From contig JBKEAD010000057.1 of NCBI GenBank assembly GCA_047971915.1, positions 1 through 54,360 on the forward strand: a stretch of 54,360 bases of DNA, written 5' to 3'. The notes under the pieces were generated by a model that was given only the letters and a program-made list of their open reading frames with translations, was not told the origin of the DNA and did not search any database. The DNA is from Chthoniobacterales bacterium (GTDB lineage Bacteria; Verrucomicrobiota; Verrucomicrobiia; Chthoniobacterales; JBKEAD01). A program made the translations under genes and the position numbers. Of this stretch, positions 26,177 to 34,721 are shown one piece after another; position 1 is the first letter of the stretch, and the number at the start of each line of letters is the position of its first letter.

Positions 26177-26911
26177 TTAATAAGAAAGCAAAATGATACG
26201 TGGGTAGGGTTGGCGCGGCAGGATGTTTTTGGAGAGGATAAAACTGCGACTGGGCAAGCGGACGACGTCGTGAAATTTTGCGGCAAATGCATTGCGTGCA
26301 CTCACACTTCCCATCGGCACGATCAGAAGTGGGCGGAGTTGATTAATGACCGTGAGACGCTCGGAATCACTCAGGGCGGTGGGCATCCCAACGGGGATAA
26401 ATAACAAATCAACCTCACCAATTCGCTCGGCTTCCGTTCGCGTGAGGCTGCGTTGTAGTTTGCCAAGAAAAGTGAAGCGCATACCGTCTTGTTTCCATGA
26501 AAAAATCAGGTTGCGCTCACTGAGCGATCCCTCTGTGCCACCGGGGTAGGTCGGGGTTCCGAGGATCGTGGTGCCGCCCGCGTTATTTGGACCGATGGCC
26601 ATACTGCCGCGAAAAACTTGCGGCGTGGAGTCTGTAAGGAAGACATTGTTGGCATCACGTGATTCATTTGTAACAAGAATCGTATTCGGCCTCGGGTCGC
26701 GTGAGATTTTATATCCTGTCGATCCGGGGTAAAATGGGTTTGTGAGAATTTTTGACCCGATAGAATTTTGAATTAAAAAACACATGTGCCCGAGGGCGTC
26801 GACACGTGTCACCTGTTGATGCCCTACTCCCTGTGGTGGCGAGCCGGCGCAACCTGCTAGGAGAGTGATTAGGACAAAGCAGAGGCTCGTAAGACAAAAG
26901 CGGTTTTTCAT
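26177..26911 (-). CDS. lipoprotein with MBL-fold (Lactamase_B_3-like) architecture but a degenerate metal-binding motif
   Basis: The start was moved to the ATG at 26911, giving MKNRFCLTSLCFVLITLLAGC with a lipobox. It has LGHMCFLIQ..GSKILTNPF, and ILVTNESRDAN sits where the family normally has THxHxDH. Confidence 0.55.
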   Translation of the reverse strand: MKNRFCLTSLCFVLITLLAGCAGSPPQGVGHQQVTRVDALGHMCFLIQNSIGSKILTNPFYPGSTGYKISRDPRPNTILVTNESRDANNVFLTDSTPQVFRGSMAIGPNNAGGTTILGTPTYPGGTEGSLSERNLIFSWKQDGMRFTFLGKLQRSLTRTEAERIGEVDLLFIPVGMPTALSDSERLTVINQLRPLLIVPMGSVSARNAFAAKFHDVVRLPSRSFILSKNILPRQPYPRIILLSY

Positions 26912-26952
26912 GAAAGCAAGGTAGCTTAAACAGGCTGCTAAAAAACTACGAA

Positions 26953-27762
26953 TCATTTTCTCGGCATGTGCTGGAGAGCTTGCGTGGATCCCCAATAGAG
27001 GGCTTGGTCGATGGCGGCTTGGATGTAATTTTTGGCTTCAAAAACAGCTTCCGGCAAGTTTTTGCCTTTGGCAAGTTCACTTGCGATTGCCGAGGAATAG
27101 GTGCAGCCAGAACCGTGCGTGCCGATATTTTCTCGATAAATTCCTTTGTAGGAAGTCACCACGTCGTCATCTACAAGAAGGTCGATACCCGCATTTTCTT
27201 TGAGATGTCCGCCCTTGCAAAGAACGGCGCAGCCGTAGCGTTCCGCAAGTTCGCGCCCGGCTTTTTCCATCTCAGAGAGCGTTGTGATTTTGCGTTTACA
27301 GAGACTAATAAGTTCATCGAGATTTGGCGTAATCACCCGCGCACGGCGAAAGAGATGTCTGCCATAAAACGCCATGGCATCTGGACGTAAAAGCGGAGCA
27401 CCGCTGCTCGAAGTCATAACAGGATCGACAACGAGCGCAGCCCCCCACCGCTCTAAAAGTGAATCCAAAACAGGGAGCAACGCTTTCATAATATTCGCGG
27501 AATAAAGCATGCCTGTCTTAATTGCTGCGATTGGAAAGGCCTCTCCACAAAGAGCCACCTGTGAGGCTACAATAGCTGGCCGCACCGACTGAATATGCTC
27601 CACCCGCTGAGGAATTTCCGAAACAACACAAGTCACCGCGGTAAGACCGTAGCAACCCAATGCCGTAATCGTTTTCAAATCGGCTTGAATACCTGCGCCG
27701 GCACTATTATCTGAACCTGCAATCGACAAAACAACGGGCACGGACGGAAAAGACATAATCAA
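26953..27762 (-). CDS. thiD: hydroxymethylpyrimidine/phosphomethylpyrimidine kinase
   Basis: 269 aa. Motifs VLSIAGSDNSAGAGIQADLKT, VVDPVM and GTHGSGCTYSSAIA. Confidence 0.9.
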   Translation of the reverse strand: MIMSFPSVPVVLSIAGSDNSAGAGIQADLKTITALGCYGLTAVTCVVSEIPQRVEHIQSVRPAIVASQVALCGEAFPIAAIKTGMLYSANIMKALLPVLDSLLERWGAALVVDPVMTSSSGAPLLRPDAMAFYGRHLFRRARVITPNLDELISLCKRKITTLSEMEKAGRELAERYGCAVLCKGGHLKENAGIDLLVDDDVVTSYKGIYRENIGTHGSGCTYSSAIASELAKGKNLPEAVFEAKNYIQAAIDQALYWGSTQALQHMPRK

Positions 27763-27857
27763 AATAGGGGGTTACGAAAAAAAACAACGAGGCGACATCC
27801 TATCACTCAAATCTATTTTTGCATAGAAAGTATCAGCCTAAAAAAACGCCGTTTCTT

Positions 27858-28532
27858 TTACTCCATCCTTCCAAGCCTTTTATAAATACTCCAGGCAAAG
27901 CCGCCGAAGAGGTAGCCCATACCGGCTATCAATAACCAATCCGCTCTTCCAAGCAAAAATAAATAACTGCTGACTACGGCTCCAAGCAAAAACCAGACAG
28001 TAATCCAAATAGGAATGAGAAGTTTCCAAACCTCGATCTCGTGGCCTCGCAGCTTCATCCCAAGATGAATCCCAAAATCGGTAAAGAGGCCGGTCAAGTG
28101 AGTCGTGCGAAGGACAACGCCGCGGTAGCGGTTAGCAAGTGCATTTTGGGCACCGCAAACGGCACTTGCGATCACGATGGCAAGCATTTGGTGAGCATTC
28201 GTATTTGCATAATGAGCACCAATCAGACAAATGCCCAGTATGGATAACGTCCGACCATAGGGCCTACTGATTTCCAGTGCAGGGTGATGTAAGAAAAATC
28301 CGGAAATCGTGGCACCTATCATAAACCCAAGTGATGCTAGGGATACTTTGGTGAGCAAGCCGGCTTCGGTTTGATTTAGGGAAGAAAGGCTGGAGCCGAT
28401 TCTGGCAATATCGCCGGTAAGGTGACTGACGGAAGTTCCCGCCGAAAGCAGAAACCCCGTATTCAAAAATGAAGCACCAAATGCAAGAATGCACCCACCA
28501 AGGACGATCTTATTTGGAGTGATGGAGTGCAT
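27858..28532 (-). CDS. YoaK/DUF1275 family membrane protein
   Basis: 224 aa with six predicted TM helices and duplicated HLTG motifs (SHLTGDIARIG and THLTGLFTD). Confidence 0.6.
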   Translation of the reverse strand: MHSITPNKIVLGGCILAFGASFLNTGFLLSAGTSVSHLTGDIARIGSSLSSLNQTEAGLLTKVSLASLGFMIGATISGFFLHHPALEISRPYGRTLSILGICLIGAHYANTNAHQMLAIVIASAVCGAQNALANRYRGVVLRTTHLTGLFTDFGIHLGMKLRGHEIEVWKLLIPIWITVWFLLGAVVSSYLFLLGRADWLLIAGMGYLFGGFAWSIYKRLGRME

Positions 28533-28543
28533 TTAAATTTTTT

Positions 28544-28792
28544 TTACCGATTTTTTTTAAGGTGAGCTTTTGCGGCTAGGATGGCGGAATCGATTGAAGC
28601 CCGGGCCTGCGGGGCGTTGCGCCAACACGTCGAGCCAAGTTCTTCTGAAATCCACTTAGTGATTTCGGCGGAGTTTGATGCTGCTAAATCTTCAAACGTG
28701 GAAAAACCAATCTGCTCGAGTCGTTCGATAACCTTTGGCCCGACGCCTTTGATTCCTAAAAGAAGATTGCGCTCTTGATCGGTGAACGCCAT
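28544..28792 (-). CDS. small helix-hairpin-helix DNA-binding protein
   Basis: The start was moved to the ATG at 28792. 82 aa, with an HhH motif LLGIKGVGPKVIERLEQIGF. Confidence 0.6.
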   Translation of the reverse strand: MAFTDQERNLLLGIKGVGPKVIERLEQIGFSTFEDLAASNSAEITKWISEELGSTCWRNAPQARASIDSAILAAKAHLKKNR

Positions 28793-28882
28793 GAGAATGC
28801 TGCGAATTAAGGACAAAAAAACCGCCAATGCTTTAGCGCATCAGCGGTTTTCTTTTTTAAAAAATGGAAAAAAAACTATAAA

Positions 28883-29125
28883 TTACTTAGCGCGTTCTTC
28901 GATGTATTTCACAACATCTCCGACGGACTGGAGTTTTTCGGCGTCTTCATCGGGGACTTCGACTCCAAACTCTTCTTCAAAAGCCATGACCAATTCGACG
29001 GTGTCCAGAGAATCTGCACCAAGATCTTCGATGAAGCTGGCTGCTGGAGTGACTTGTTCTTCGTTTACGCCGAGTTGATCGACGATGATTGCTTTTACTT
29101 TTTCTTCGATGGATTTTTCAGACAT
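28883..29125 (-). CDS. acpP: acyl carrier protein
   Basis: 80 aa, with the phosphopantetheine-attachment motif [21 protein letters not shown]. Confidence 0.95.
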   Translation of the reverse strand: MSEKSIEEKVKAIIVDQLGVNEEQVTPAASFIEDLGADSLDTVELVMAFEEEFGVEVPDEDAEKLQSVGDVVKYIEERAK

Positions 29126-29265
29126 GTCTAAATATTGGGTTAGGATTTAAATTGTGCTTAGTGAGAGCCTAATTCTTTGGCAATCATTTTTTCTCTTAAA
29201 AATTTTTGCCACGCTACGACGCAAGTTCAACAATCGTAGAACAAGGTCAAGTAAAAATTTAAGAA

Positions 29266-29988
29266 TTAACGAGGTGAGATCTCCTGAATGGCTTTAAATT
29301 CAGGATTATCAGCAAGGCTTGCTTCGACATAATAGGTCTCGCCAGCCTTGAGTTCCCTGGTCGGAATCCGTGCGGAATACTCGATAAATTCTCGCGGATT
29401 TATCGTAACAAGCCCCTCTGATTTTTCAAAGGCCCGGTCATCGGACCAGCGTTCAATAACTCGTCCCGTAGCGTCTTGAATCGTAACATCAAAGCGTTGT
29501 CCCGTTCCAAAATGCAACTTCATGAGGTTGCGGGTTTTATTTTTCACCTGAAAAGTCACGTCGATTTCGCGACGGTCTGCGAGCGTGAATTTTTGCGGTT
29601 CGACAACAAGAGTGGATGGCTGGGAGCCGTCTGCCGATCCTAATTTCACGGAGTCGAAAAGGCCCGTAAAAAATTTTTTGACATAAACATCCGCACTATC
29701 CGGCGTCTTTGTAGAAGGATATTTGGCGACGGAGCGATTGAGCAACTCCTCCTTGCCAGCCTCAGTCGTGTAATAATACGCCATGGATTGATTCAGAAAA
29801 AAAGGACTCGCTTCGTCGGGGCGGCGCAAGTCGATCACGTCATAAACAGTCGCCCCCTCGCCTAATTCCTCGGCCACGATACGCTGGAGTTCGGCATTTC
29901 GATTATTCTCCTGTGCGCGAAGTTGGGGAAGAGCTGAGAAAGAATAAACAAGCGTCAGTAAAATAAGAGTTCTCATAAAAATTGGCAT
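29266..29988 (-). CDS. secreted protein with a C-terminal BsuPI-like (intracellular proteinase inhibitor fold) domain
   Basis: The start was moved to the ATG at 29988, giving MPIFMRTLILLTLVYSFSALPQLRAQ, a signal peptide. The C-terminus reads IDVTFQVKNKTRNLMKLHFGTGQRFDVTIQDATGRVIERWSDDRAF..., matching my memory of the BsuPI pattern. The tracked start at 30255 would overlap the divergent gene. Confidence 0.5.
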   Translation of the reverse strand: MPIFMRTLILLTLVYSFSALPQLRAQENNRNAELQRIVAEELGEGATVYDVIDLRRPDEASPFFLNQSMAYYYTTEAGKEELLNRSVAKYPSTKTPDSADVYVKKFFTGLFDSVKLGSADGSQPSTLVVEPQKFTLADRREIDVTFQVKNKTRNLMKLHFGTGQRFDVTIQDATGRVIERWSDDRAFEKSEGLVTINPREFIEYSARIPTRELKAGETYYVEASLADNPEFKAIQEISPR

Positions 29989-30052
29989 GGAAGTTTCATA
30001 AAGAATTTTCCGCTGGGTTGCAAATACGAAGCACATCGCTAAACTCTTTCTC

Positions 30053-30661
30053 ATGATTTCATCTCGTCTTTTATGGATACCTGCTGTGGTGGCATTAATC
30101 TTTGTCGCCGGAACCTCGAAACCCTCAAAAGTAACGGTTCGCTTCCAAATGCTCGCCAAGGCAAACGAGCGGGAACCCTTTATAATAAAGGGAAAAATGG
30201 CAAATGGCGAAACGGTCTCTTTGCAAAAAATGCCTGTCGCAACGGAAAAAGACATCTCTGGTTTTTACGCGTTTCCGACACCGGACGGGACTCACGGTGC
30301 GTATTTTCAACTCGGTGCGCATGGCCGAAATACGGTGGAAAATACCACCAGCACAGAAATAGGCGGCTATCTTGCCGCAATTATTGATGGCCGTGGCGTT
30401 ATAAAATTACGCATTGATCGTCCCGTGCGCGACGGATTACTAGTCATTCCCAGCGGCCTAACCAACACCGAAGTTATGAAGCTCGGACAACGTTTCCCGA
30501 TTATCGGAGAAACCCCAAGCCAAGCCAAAAAACGTCAGCGCGAAGATCGGCTCATCTATGAAGAACACCTAAAAACAAAAGCCGCCCAAGCTGCCGCCGA
30601 GAAAGCCGCTGCCGAACTATCCGCCGCCGAGAAAGCCGCTAATAATAAGAAAAAGCCCTAA
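30053..30661 (+). CDS. hypothetical secreted/anchored protein with an Ala/Lys/Glu-rich repeat tail
   Basis: 202 aa. N-terminal hydrophobic segment LLWIPAVVALIFVAG. The segment GGYLAAIIDGRGVIKLRIDRPVRDGLLVIPSG is reminiscent of SecD/F periplasmic-head-like domains. Its stop overlaps the M23 gene start (TAATG). Confidence 0.5.
   Translation: MISSRLLWIPAVVALIFVAGTSKPSKVTVRFQMLAKANEREPFIIKGKMANGETVSLQKMPVATEKDISGFYAFPTPDGTHGAYFQLGAHGRNTVENTTSTEIGGYLAAIIDGRGVIKLRIDRPVRDGLLVIPSGLTNTEVMKLGQRFPIIGETPSQAKKRQREDRLIYEEHLKTKAAQAAAEKAAAELSAAEKAANNKKKP
30593..30640 (+). repeat. 18-nt perfect direct repeat inside a coding tail
   Basis: gccgccgagaaagccgct occurs at 30593-30610 and again at 30623-30640, encoding AAEKAA twice. 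Confidence 0.8.
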
Positions 30662-31704
30662 TGCGATCCTCCGTTTTTTTCGTTTGTTTGCTTCTCTTAT
30701 TTTTTGGAAGTCCCTCTTTTTCCCAGACAAATTCACAGGCATGGTTAGAATTTCCGACGGATAATCACGCTCTTTTTACAAAAAATCCCGAAGCTTTTTA
30801 CATGTATGTGAATCGCGACTTCGAGGGAAAAAAAAGTCAGCCTTGGCAGGGGGGCAGCTACGGTTTGGTGCGAGGACCGCAGCGAGGCAGTGCCGGCATT
30901 TACTACCGCGCCTTTCATGAAGGTATCGACATAAAACCCCTCCATCGCGACCGCAACGGAGTGCCACTGGACAAAGTCTGCGCCGCCGCAAATGGGAGAG
31001 TTGTCCACGCCTCTGCCGACCCCACAAAAAGCAACTACGGACGTTACATCGTGATCGAGCATCGGCGCGAGGGTTGCCCCTACTACACCCTCTATGCACA
31101 CCTAGCTTCGGTCCAAGTAAAAGTCGGGCAACAAGTGAAACAAGGCACTCCAATCGGTGTTCTTGGCTACTCCGGCAGAGGACTGGACCGTGCACGCGCC
31201 CATCTTCATTTCGAATTTTGCCTAAAATTTAATTCTCATTTTCCGGCATGGCACGACATGTATGGGCAGGGAAGAAATGATCACGGCGAATTCAATGGGC
31301 GCAATCTCTTTGGCATGAATCCGGCAGATTTACTCCGAGCTGTTTATAAAAATCCTGATCTCAGCATTTCGCAGTTTATCACGAGTTCACAGAAACCCAT
31401 GTTTGAGTTGACGGTCAACGAAAGCCCGGACTTCGAGCTAATTCGCAATTACCCCTGGCTGGTCCGAGATGGAGAAGTGGCCAGCCCCGCGGCGTGGAGT
31501 ATTACTTTTAGCGAGCAACTCATTCCCATGCGTGCACGAGCCGAGTCCCAGCGTGTGGGGGAGCCACGTGTTCGCTGGGTAGGTACCGCGCCGCAAGCTC
31601 TTTCGCAACTATCACGAGGACTCGTCACCGGGAGCCGCAGTGCTCCACGTCTTACAGACTCCGGCAAGCGTTTCGCCCATTTACTCACCTTCCCTAGTCA
31701 CTGA
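30661..31704 (+). CDS. M23 family metallopeptidase (peptidoglycan DD-endopeptidase type), secreted
   Basis: 347 aa. Signal peptide MRSSVFFVCLLLLFFGSPSFSQ. M23 motifs HEGIDI, YAHL and HLHFE. Confidence 0.85.
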   Translation: MRSSVFFVCLLLLFFGSPSFSQTNSQAWLEFPTDNHALFTKNPEAFYMYVNRDFEGKKSQPWQGGSYGLVRGPQRGSAGIYYRAFHEGIDIKPLHRDRNGVPLDKVCAAANGRVVHASADPTKSNYGRYIVIEHRREGCPYYTLYAHLASVQVKVGQQVKQGTPIGVLGYSGRGLDRARAHLHFEFCLKFNSHFPAWHDMYGQGRNDHGEFNGRNLFGMNPADLLRAVYKNPDLSISQFITSSQKPMFELTVNESPDFELIRNYPWLVRDGEVASPAAWSITFSEQLIPMRARAESQRVGEPRVRWVGTAPQALSQLSRGLVTGSRSAPRLTDSGKRFAHLLTFPSH

Positions 31705-31711
31705 TTTATCT

Positions 31712-32641
31712 ATGAGCAAATCAACTTCAGCAGGTAAGTGGATTGTTATCGGGCTCGTCTTAGCCGCCCTCGTCGGCGGCTGGTTTACACGAAAAAACTA
31801 TCTCGCATTTACGCACTCGACGACAGAAGCAGTTTTGATTTTAGCGGTAAACCCACTTCCCGAGCCGCCGGCAGAAAGCTCCTCTCCAAACGATGCAAGA
31901 GATTTTTTGATTCGCCTTTTGCTCGAAGAGCAGCTTGCTCAGGCTAAGCTCTCGCTGGAGCAAAATATGTCCCATCTTGCAGAGACGCACAAGGGCGTGG
32001 AGGACGCCGTCTCGATGCTCGAAGAGCAGCAGAGAAATTTTGAGTTTGCCCAAGAGCGCTACGACCGCCTCATGCCTCTCGTCGAAACGGGTGCCCTCGA
32101 TCTGCTTGCCGCTTCACAGATCGAAAGTGCCTATATTTCCGCACGAGCTTCTTTGGCGCAGGCGCAGTTTTATCTCGGTCAAGTCCAAAGTGCTCGTGGA
32201 AAACCGGAGCAGCGAAAAAAAATCTACCTGCAAATGACCCAGCGCATCAAGCATCTCGAAAAACTCTACGCACAAGTAAACGGCAACCCGAATCAGGTGA
32301 AAAACGCCCCACCCGACGAAGAGGATCCTCCATCGGATTCAGAAAACAAACCGTCCGCCAAATTGCAGGTAGAAGCCGTTTTTCAAGACATACCCCAAAA
32401 CGCTTTTCAAGAAGGATCAAAAGCCCGCTGCTCGGTTTTAGTAAATGGAAAAAGAACCCCATTTATCGCCTACGTGGACGCCATAAAACCACTACAAAAC
32501 CGCTCTACCCTACTCACCCTCTCAACCGCGGATACCGAACTTTTAAAATTCCCTCCCGAAATCCGCCTTGTTCCTTGCGAAGTAACCATCGACACCGTTT
32601 CTCAAAAACCGCTCATGGAAGAAAAAACAGGCGACCCCTAA
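31712..32641 (+). CDS. HlyD/EmrA-like periplasmic adaptor homologue (divergent, orphan)
   Basis: The start was moved to the ATG at 31712, giving MSKSTSAGKWIVIGLVLAALVGGWF, a TM anchor. A coiled-coil follows, FEFAQERYDRLMPLVETGALDLLAASQIESAYISARASLAQAQ, typical of membrane fusion proteins. No pump gene is adjacent. Confidence 0.5.
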   Translation: MSKSTSAGKWIVIGLVLAALVGGWFTRKNYLAFTHSTTEAVLILAVNPLPEPPAESSSPNDARDFLIRLLLEEQLAQAKLSLEQNMSHLAETHKGVEDAVSMLEEQQRNFEFAQERYDRLMPLVETGALDLLAASQIESAYISARASLAQAQFYLGQVQSARGKPEQRKKIYLQMTQRIKHLEKLYAQVNGNPNQVKNAPPDEEDPPSDSENKPSAKLQVEAVFQDIPQNAFQEGSKARCSVLVNGKRTPFIAYVDAIKPLQNRSTLLTLSTADTELLKFPPEIRLVPCEVTIDTVSQKPLMEEKTGDP

Positions 32642-32728
32642 CCTTCCTGTCGGTGTCATTTTTATTTGGCGCAATACGAATGCATCGGCAGTGCAAAAAA
32701 AATAATACGACAGGATTTGCGGATTTTC

Positions 32729-32756
32729 TTTACATACTGCAAGGTTGTATTACACT
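32729..32756 (+). promoter_or_regulatory. candidate promoter (TTTACA-16 nt-TACACT) giving a leaderless TA transcript
   Basis: TTTACA at 32729-32734 and TACACT at 32751-32756. The ATG of the antitoxin is at 32764, only 7 nt after the -10 element. Confidence 0.3.
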
Positions 32757-32763
32757 GTCATAC

Positions 32764-32982
32764 ATGAGTGCCGTTCTTACGATTCGCTTGGATGACAATT
32801 TAGAAATGCTTCTGAATAAAGCTTGTGATCTGGCCGGACGTACAAAAAGCGATCTGGTGAGGGACGCACTACGCCGCCAATTAGCATTGACGACCTTTGA
32901 AGAGTTGCGCCGCCATACAATTCCCCATGCAGTCGGAGCGGGATTTGTAACCGATGAAGACATCTTTGCCGCCGTCTCGTGA
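32764..32982 (+). CDS. ribbon-helix-helix (CopG-type) antitoxin
   Basis: 72 aa. It reads MSAVLTIRLDDNLEMLLNKACDLAGRTKSDLVRDALRRQL. Its stop overlaps the GTG start of the PIN gene (GTGA). Confidence 0.75.
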   Translation: MSAVLTIRLDDNLEMLLNKACDLAGRTKSDLVRDALRRQLALTTFEELRRHTIPHAVGAGFVTDEDIFAAVS

Positions 32983-33368
32983 GGGTAGTTCTTGATTCAA
33001 ATGTACTTATCAGTGCCTTTGCCACCAAGGGACTGTGCGCCGATCTGTTCAGGGACATTCTAGGCAGCCACGACCTCCTTGTCTCCAATTACATCCTGAA
33101 TGAAGTCACCGAAAAGTTGCTCTTGAGGCTGAAAGTCCCCAAATCGGTCGTCAACAGCATCAAACAGCTTTTACGCGAGTTTGTCATTGATCCGCAGGGT
33201 GTGCCCGACGCTGATCTTTCGATCCGTGACCCCGACGATATCCCGATTGTGATTTTTGCGCTCGCCGTGTCAGCAGATGTTTTAATCACTGGTGATCGTG
33301 ACTTGCTGGATATAGCAGGGAAACTTCCTGTAAGAGTAATCACCCCAAGGAATTTTTACGAGCAATAG
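32979..33368 (+). CDS. PIN-domain toxin (VapC-like, TIGR00305-type)
   Basis: 129 aa. Motifs VVLDSNVLISA, PDDIPIV and LITGDRDLL carry the acidic PIN residues. Confidence 0.8.
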   Translation: MRVVLDSNVLISAFATKGLCADLFRDILGSHDLLVSNYILNEVTEKLLLRLKVPKSVVNSIKQLLREFVIDPQGVPDADLSIRDPDDIPIVIFALAVSADVLITGDRDLLDIAGKLPVRVITPRNFYEQ

Positions 33369-33467
33369 AACACCGCTTGAGGTTTCCCAATGTGAAACGG
33401 CAATTTCTCAAAAAATGAAAAAAGCTCGTAGAGGCTTATGTTTACAGGCTTTAAGATCTTTTTGGGG

Positions 33468-33543
33468 TGGCATCGCGTACGGGAGTCGAACCCGTGTACC
33501 AGCCTTGAGAGGGCTGTGTCCTAGGCCACTAGACGAACGCGAC
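33468..33543 (-). tRNA. tRNA-Glu (anticodon CUC), CCA encoded
   Basis: The reverse complement folds by hand as GTCGCGT TC GTCT AGTGGCCTA GGAC A CAGCC CTCTCAA GGCTG GTAC ACGGG TTCGACT CCCGT ACGCGAT G CCA, 76 nt in total. The D-arm closely resembles the E. coli tRNA-Glu D-arm. Confidence 0.9.
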
Positions 33544-33602
33544 GTTTTGTACCGGAACGCTCCAAAGCCTGCACTAAATCGAGCAGAAGGAAAGGAAAAG
33601 AT

Positions 33603-34721
33603 TTAAATAAGCCGCAGGGTTGTTTCGGGGTCGAAAAGATGCACGCGGTCTATATTCACTTCAAACTTGAGTCGGTGTCCGGCTTCGCGTTGGTCGATAA
33701 TGCCATTGCTGCGGCTAATGATCGTGTGCGCTCCGGTTTGCAGATAAAAGTAGGTCTCTGCGCCCATTGGTTCGACAATGTCCACAACGGCTTGAAAGGA
33801 ATTTTCGGGTGGTGCTTTTCCGGCGGGAACGAGATTGCAATCCTCGGGGCGGAGGCCGAGAAGGATTTCTTTGCCAAGATAGGCTTCGGCTGATTTGCGG
33901 CCGCCGAGGTTTAGCTTCATGACGCCTTCTCCCATTTCTTTGAAAACAATTTTTCCGCCTTCGCCACGTAGGTTGCCTTTTAAAAAATTCATGGGTGGGC
34001 TCCCTAAAAATCCGCCGACAAAGCTATTTACCGGTGCATTGTAGAGTTCGAGAGGGGGCGCGACTTGCTGTATGACGCCGTCTTTCATCACGACGATGCG
34101 TTCGCCCATCGTCATGGCTTCGACCTGATCGTGCGTGACGTAGATCATCGTTGCTTGAAGGCGTTGGTGGAGCTTTGTAATTTCGGTGCGCATTTGCACA
34201 CGCATTTTTGCATCGAGATTGGAGAGCGGCTCATCAAAAAGAAAAACCTTGGGCTGGCGGACGATGGCGCGTCCTACAGCAACGCGTTGTCGCTGTCCGC
34301 CGGACATGGCTTTCGGTTTGCGATCGAGGTAATCTTGGATCCCGAGAATAGCGGCGGCATCCATGACGCGCTTGCGAATTTCTTCTTTGGGATATTTACG
34401 AAGTTTCAGTCCGAAAGCCATATTGTCATAGACTGTAAAGTGAGGATACAGGGCGTAGTATTGAAAAACCATCGAAATGTCGCGGTCTTTTGTCGTCACG
34501 TCATTCACACTGAGATCCCCGATGAGGACATCCCCTTTAGAGATTTCATCCAGACCGGCAATCATACGAATGGTTGTTTATTTGCCGCAGCCGGAAGGGC
34601 CGACAAAGACGATAAATTCGCGGTCTTGGATTTCGAGATTAAAATCTTTTACAGCGACGACATCTTTGCCTTTGTCGCCTTTATAGATTTTGTAAACGTT
34701 GTTTAGTGTGACTTGCGCCAT
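33603..34721 (-). pseudogene. MalK/UgpC/MsmX-type sugar ABC transporter ATP-binding protein interrupted by an in-frame TAA at codon 48
   Basis: From the ATG at 34721 it reads [58 protein letters not shown].... The stop at 34580-34578 replaces the Walker-A Ser (TCA->TAA would be a single change). The Q-loop, MSGGQRQR, FLFDEPLSNLD and THDQ motifs and the C-terminal regulatory domain are all intact and in the same frame. Confidence 0.85.

Noticed and set aside
27763-27857. A possible TPP riboswitch in the 95-nt leader of thiD.
   Set aside because: I could not find the conserved CUGAGA and ACCUGAUCUGGAUAAUGCCAGCG-type elements on the minus strand, and the region is too short and AT-rich.
33415-33606. 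A 63-aa plus-strand ORF.
   Set aside because: It runs antisense straight through the tRNA-Glu gene (33468-33543), so it is not credible as coding.
34578-34580. The idea that the in-frame TAA in the ABC ATPase reflects recoding, selenocysteine or an alternative genetic code.
   Set aside because: Sec uses TGA with a SECIS element, not TAA. Other genes in the window terminate normally with TAA, for example the GH at 42385-42383 and secE at 174-176. A nonsense mutation or sequence error is the simpler explanation.
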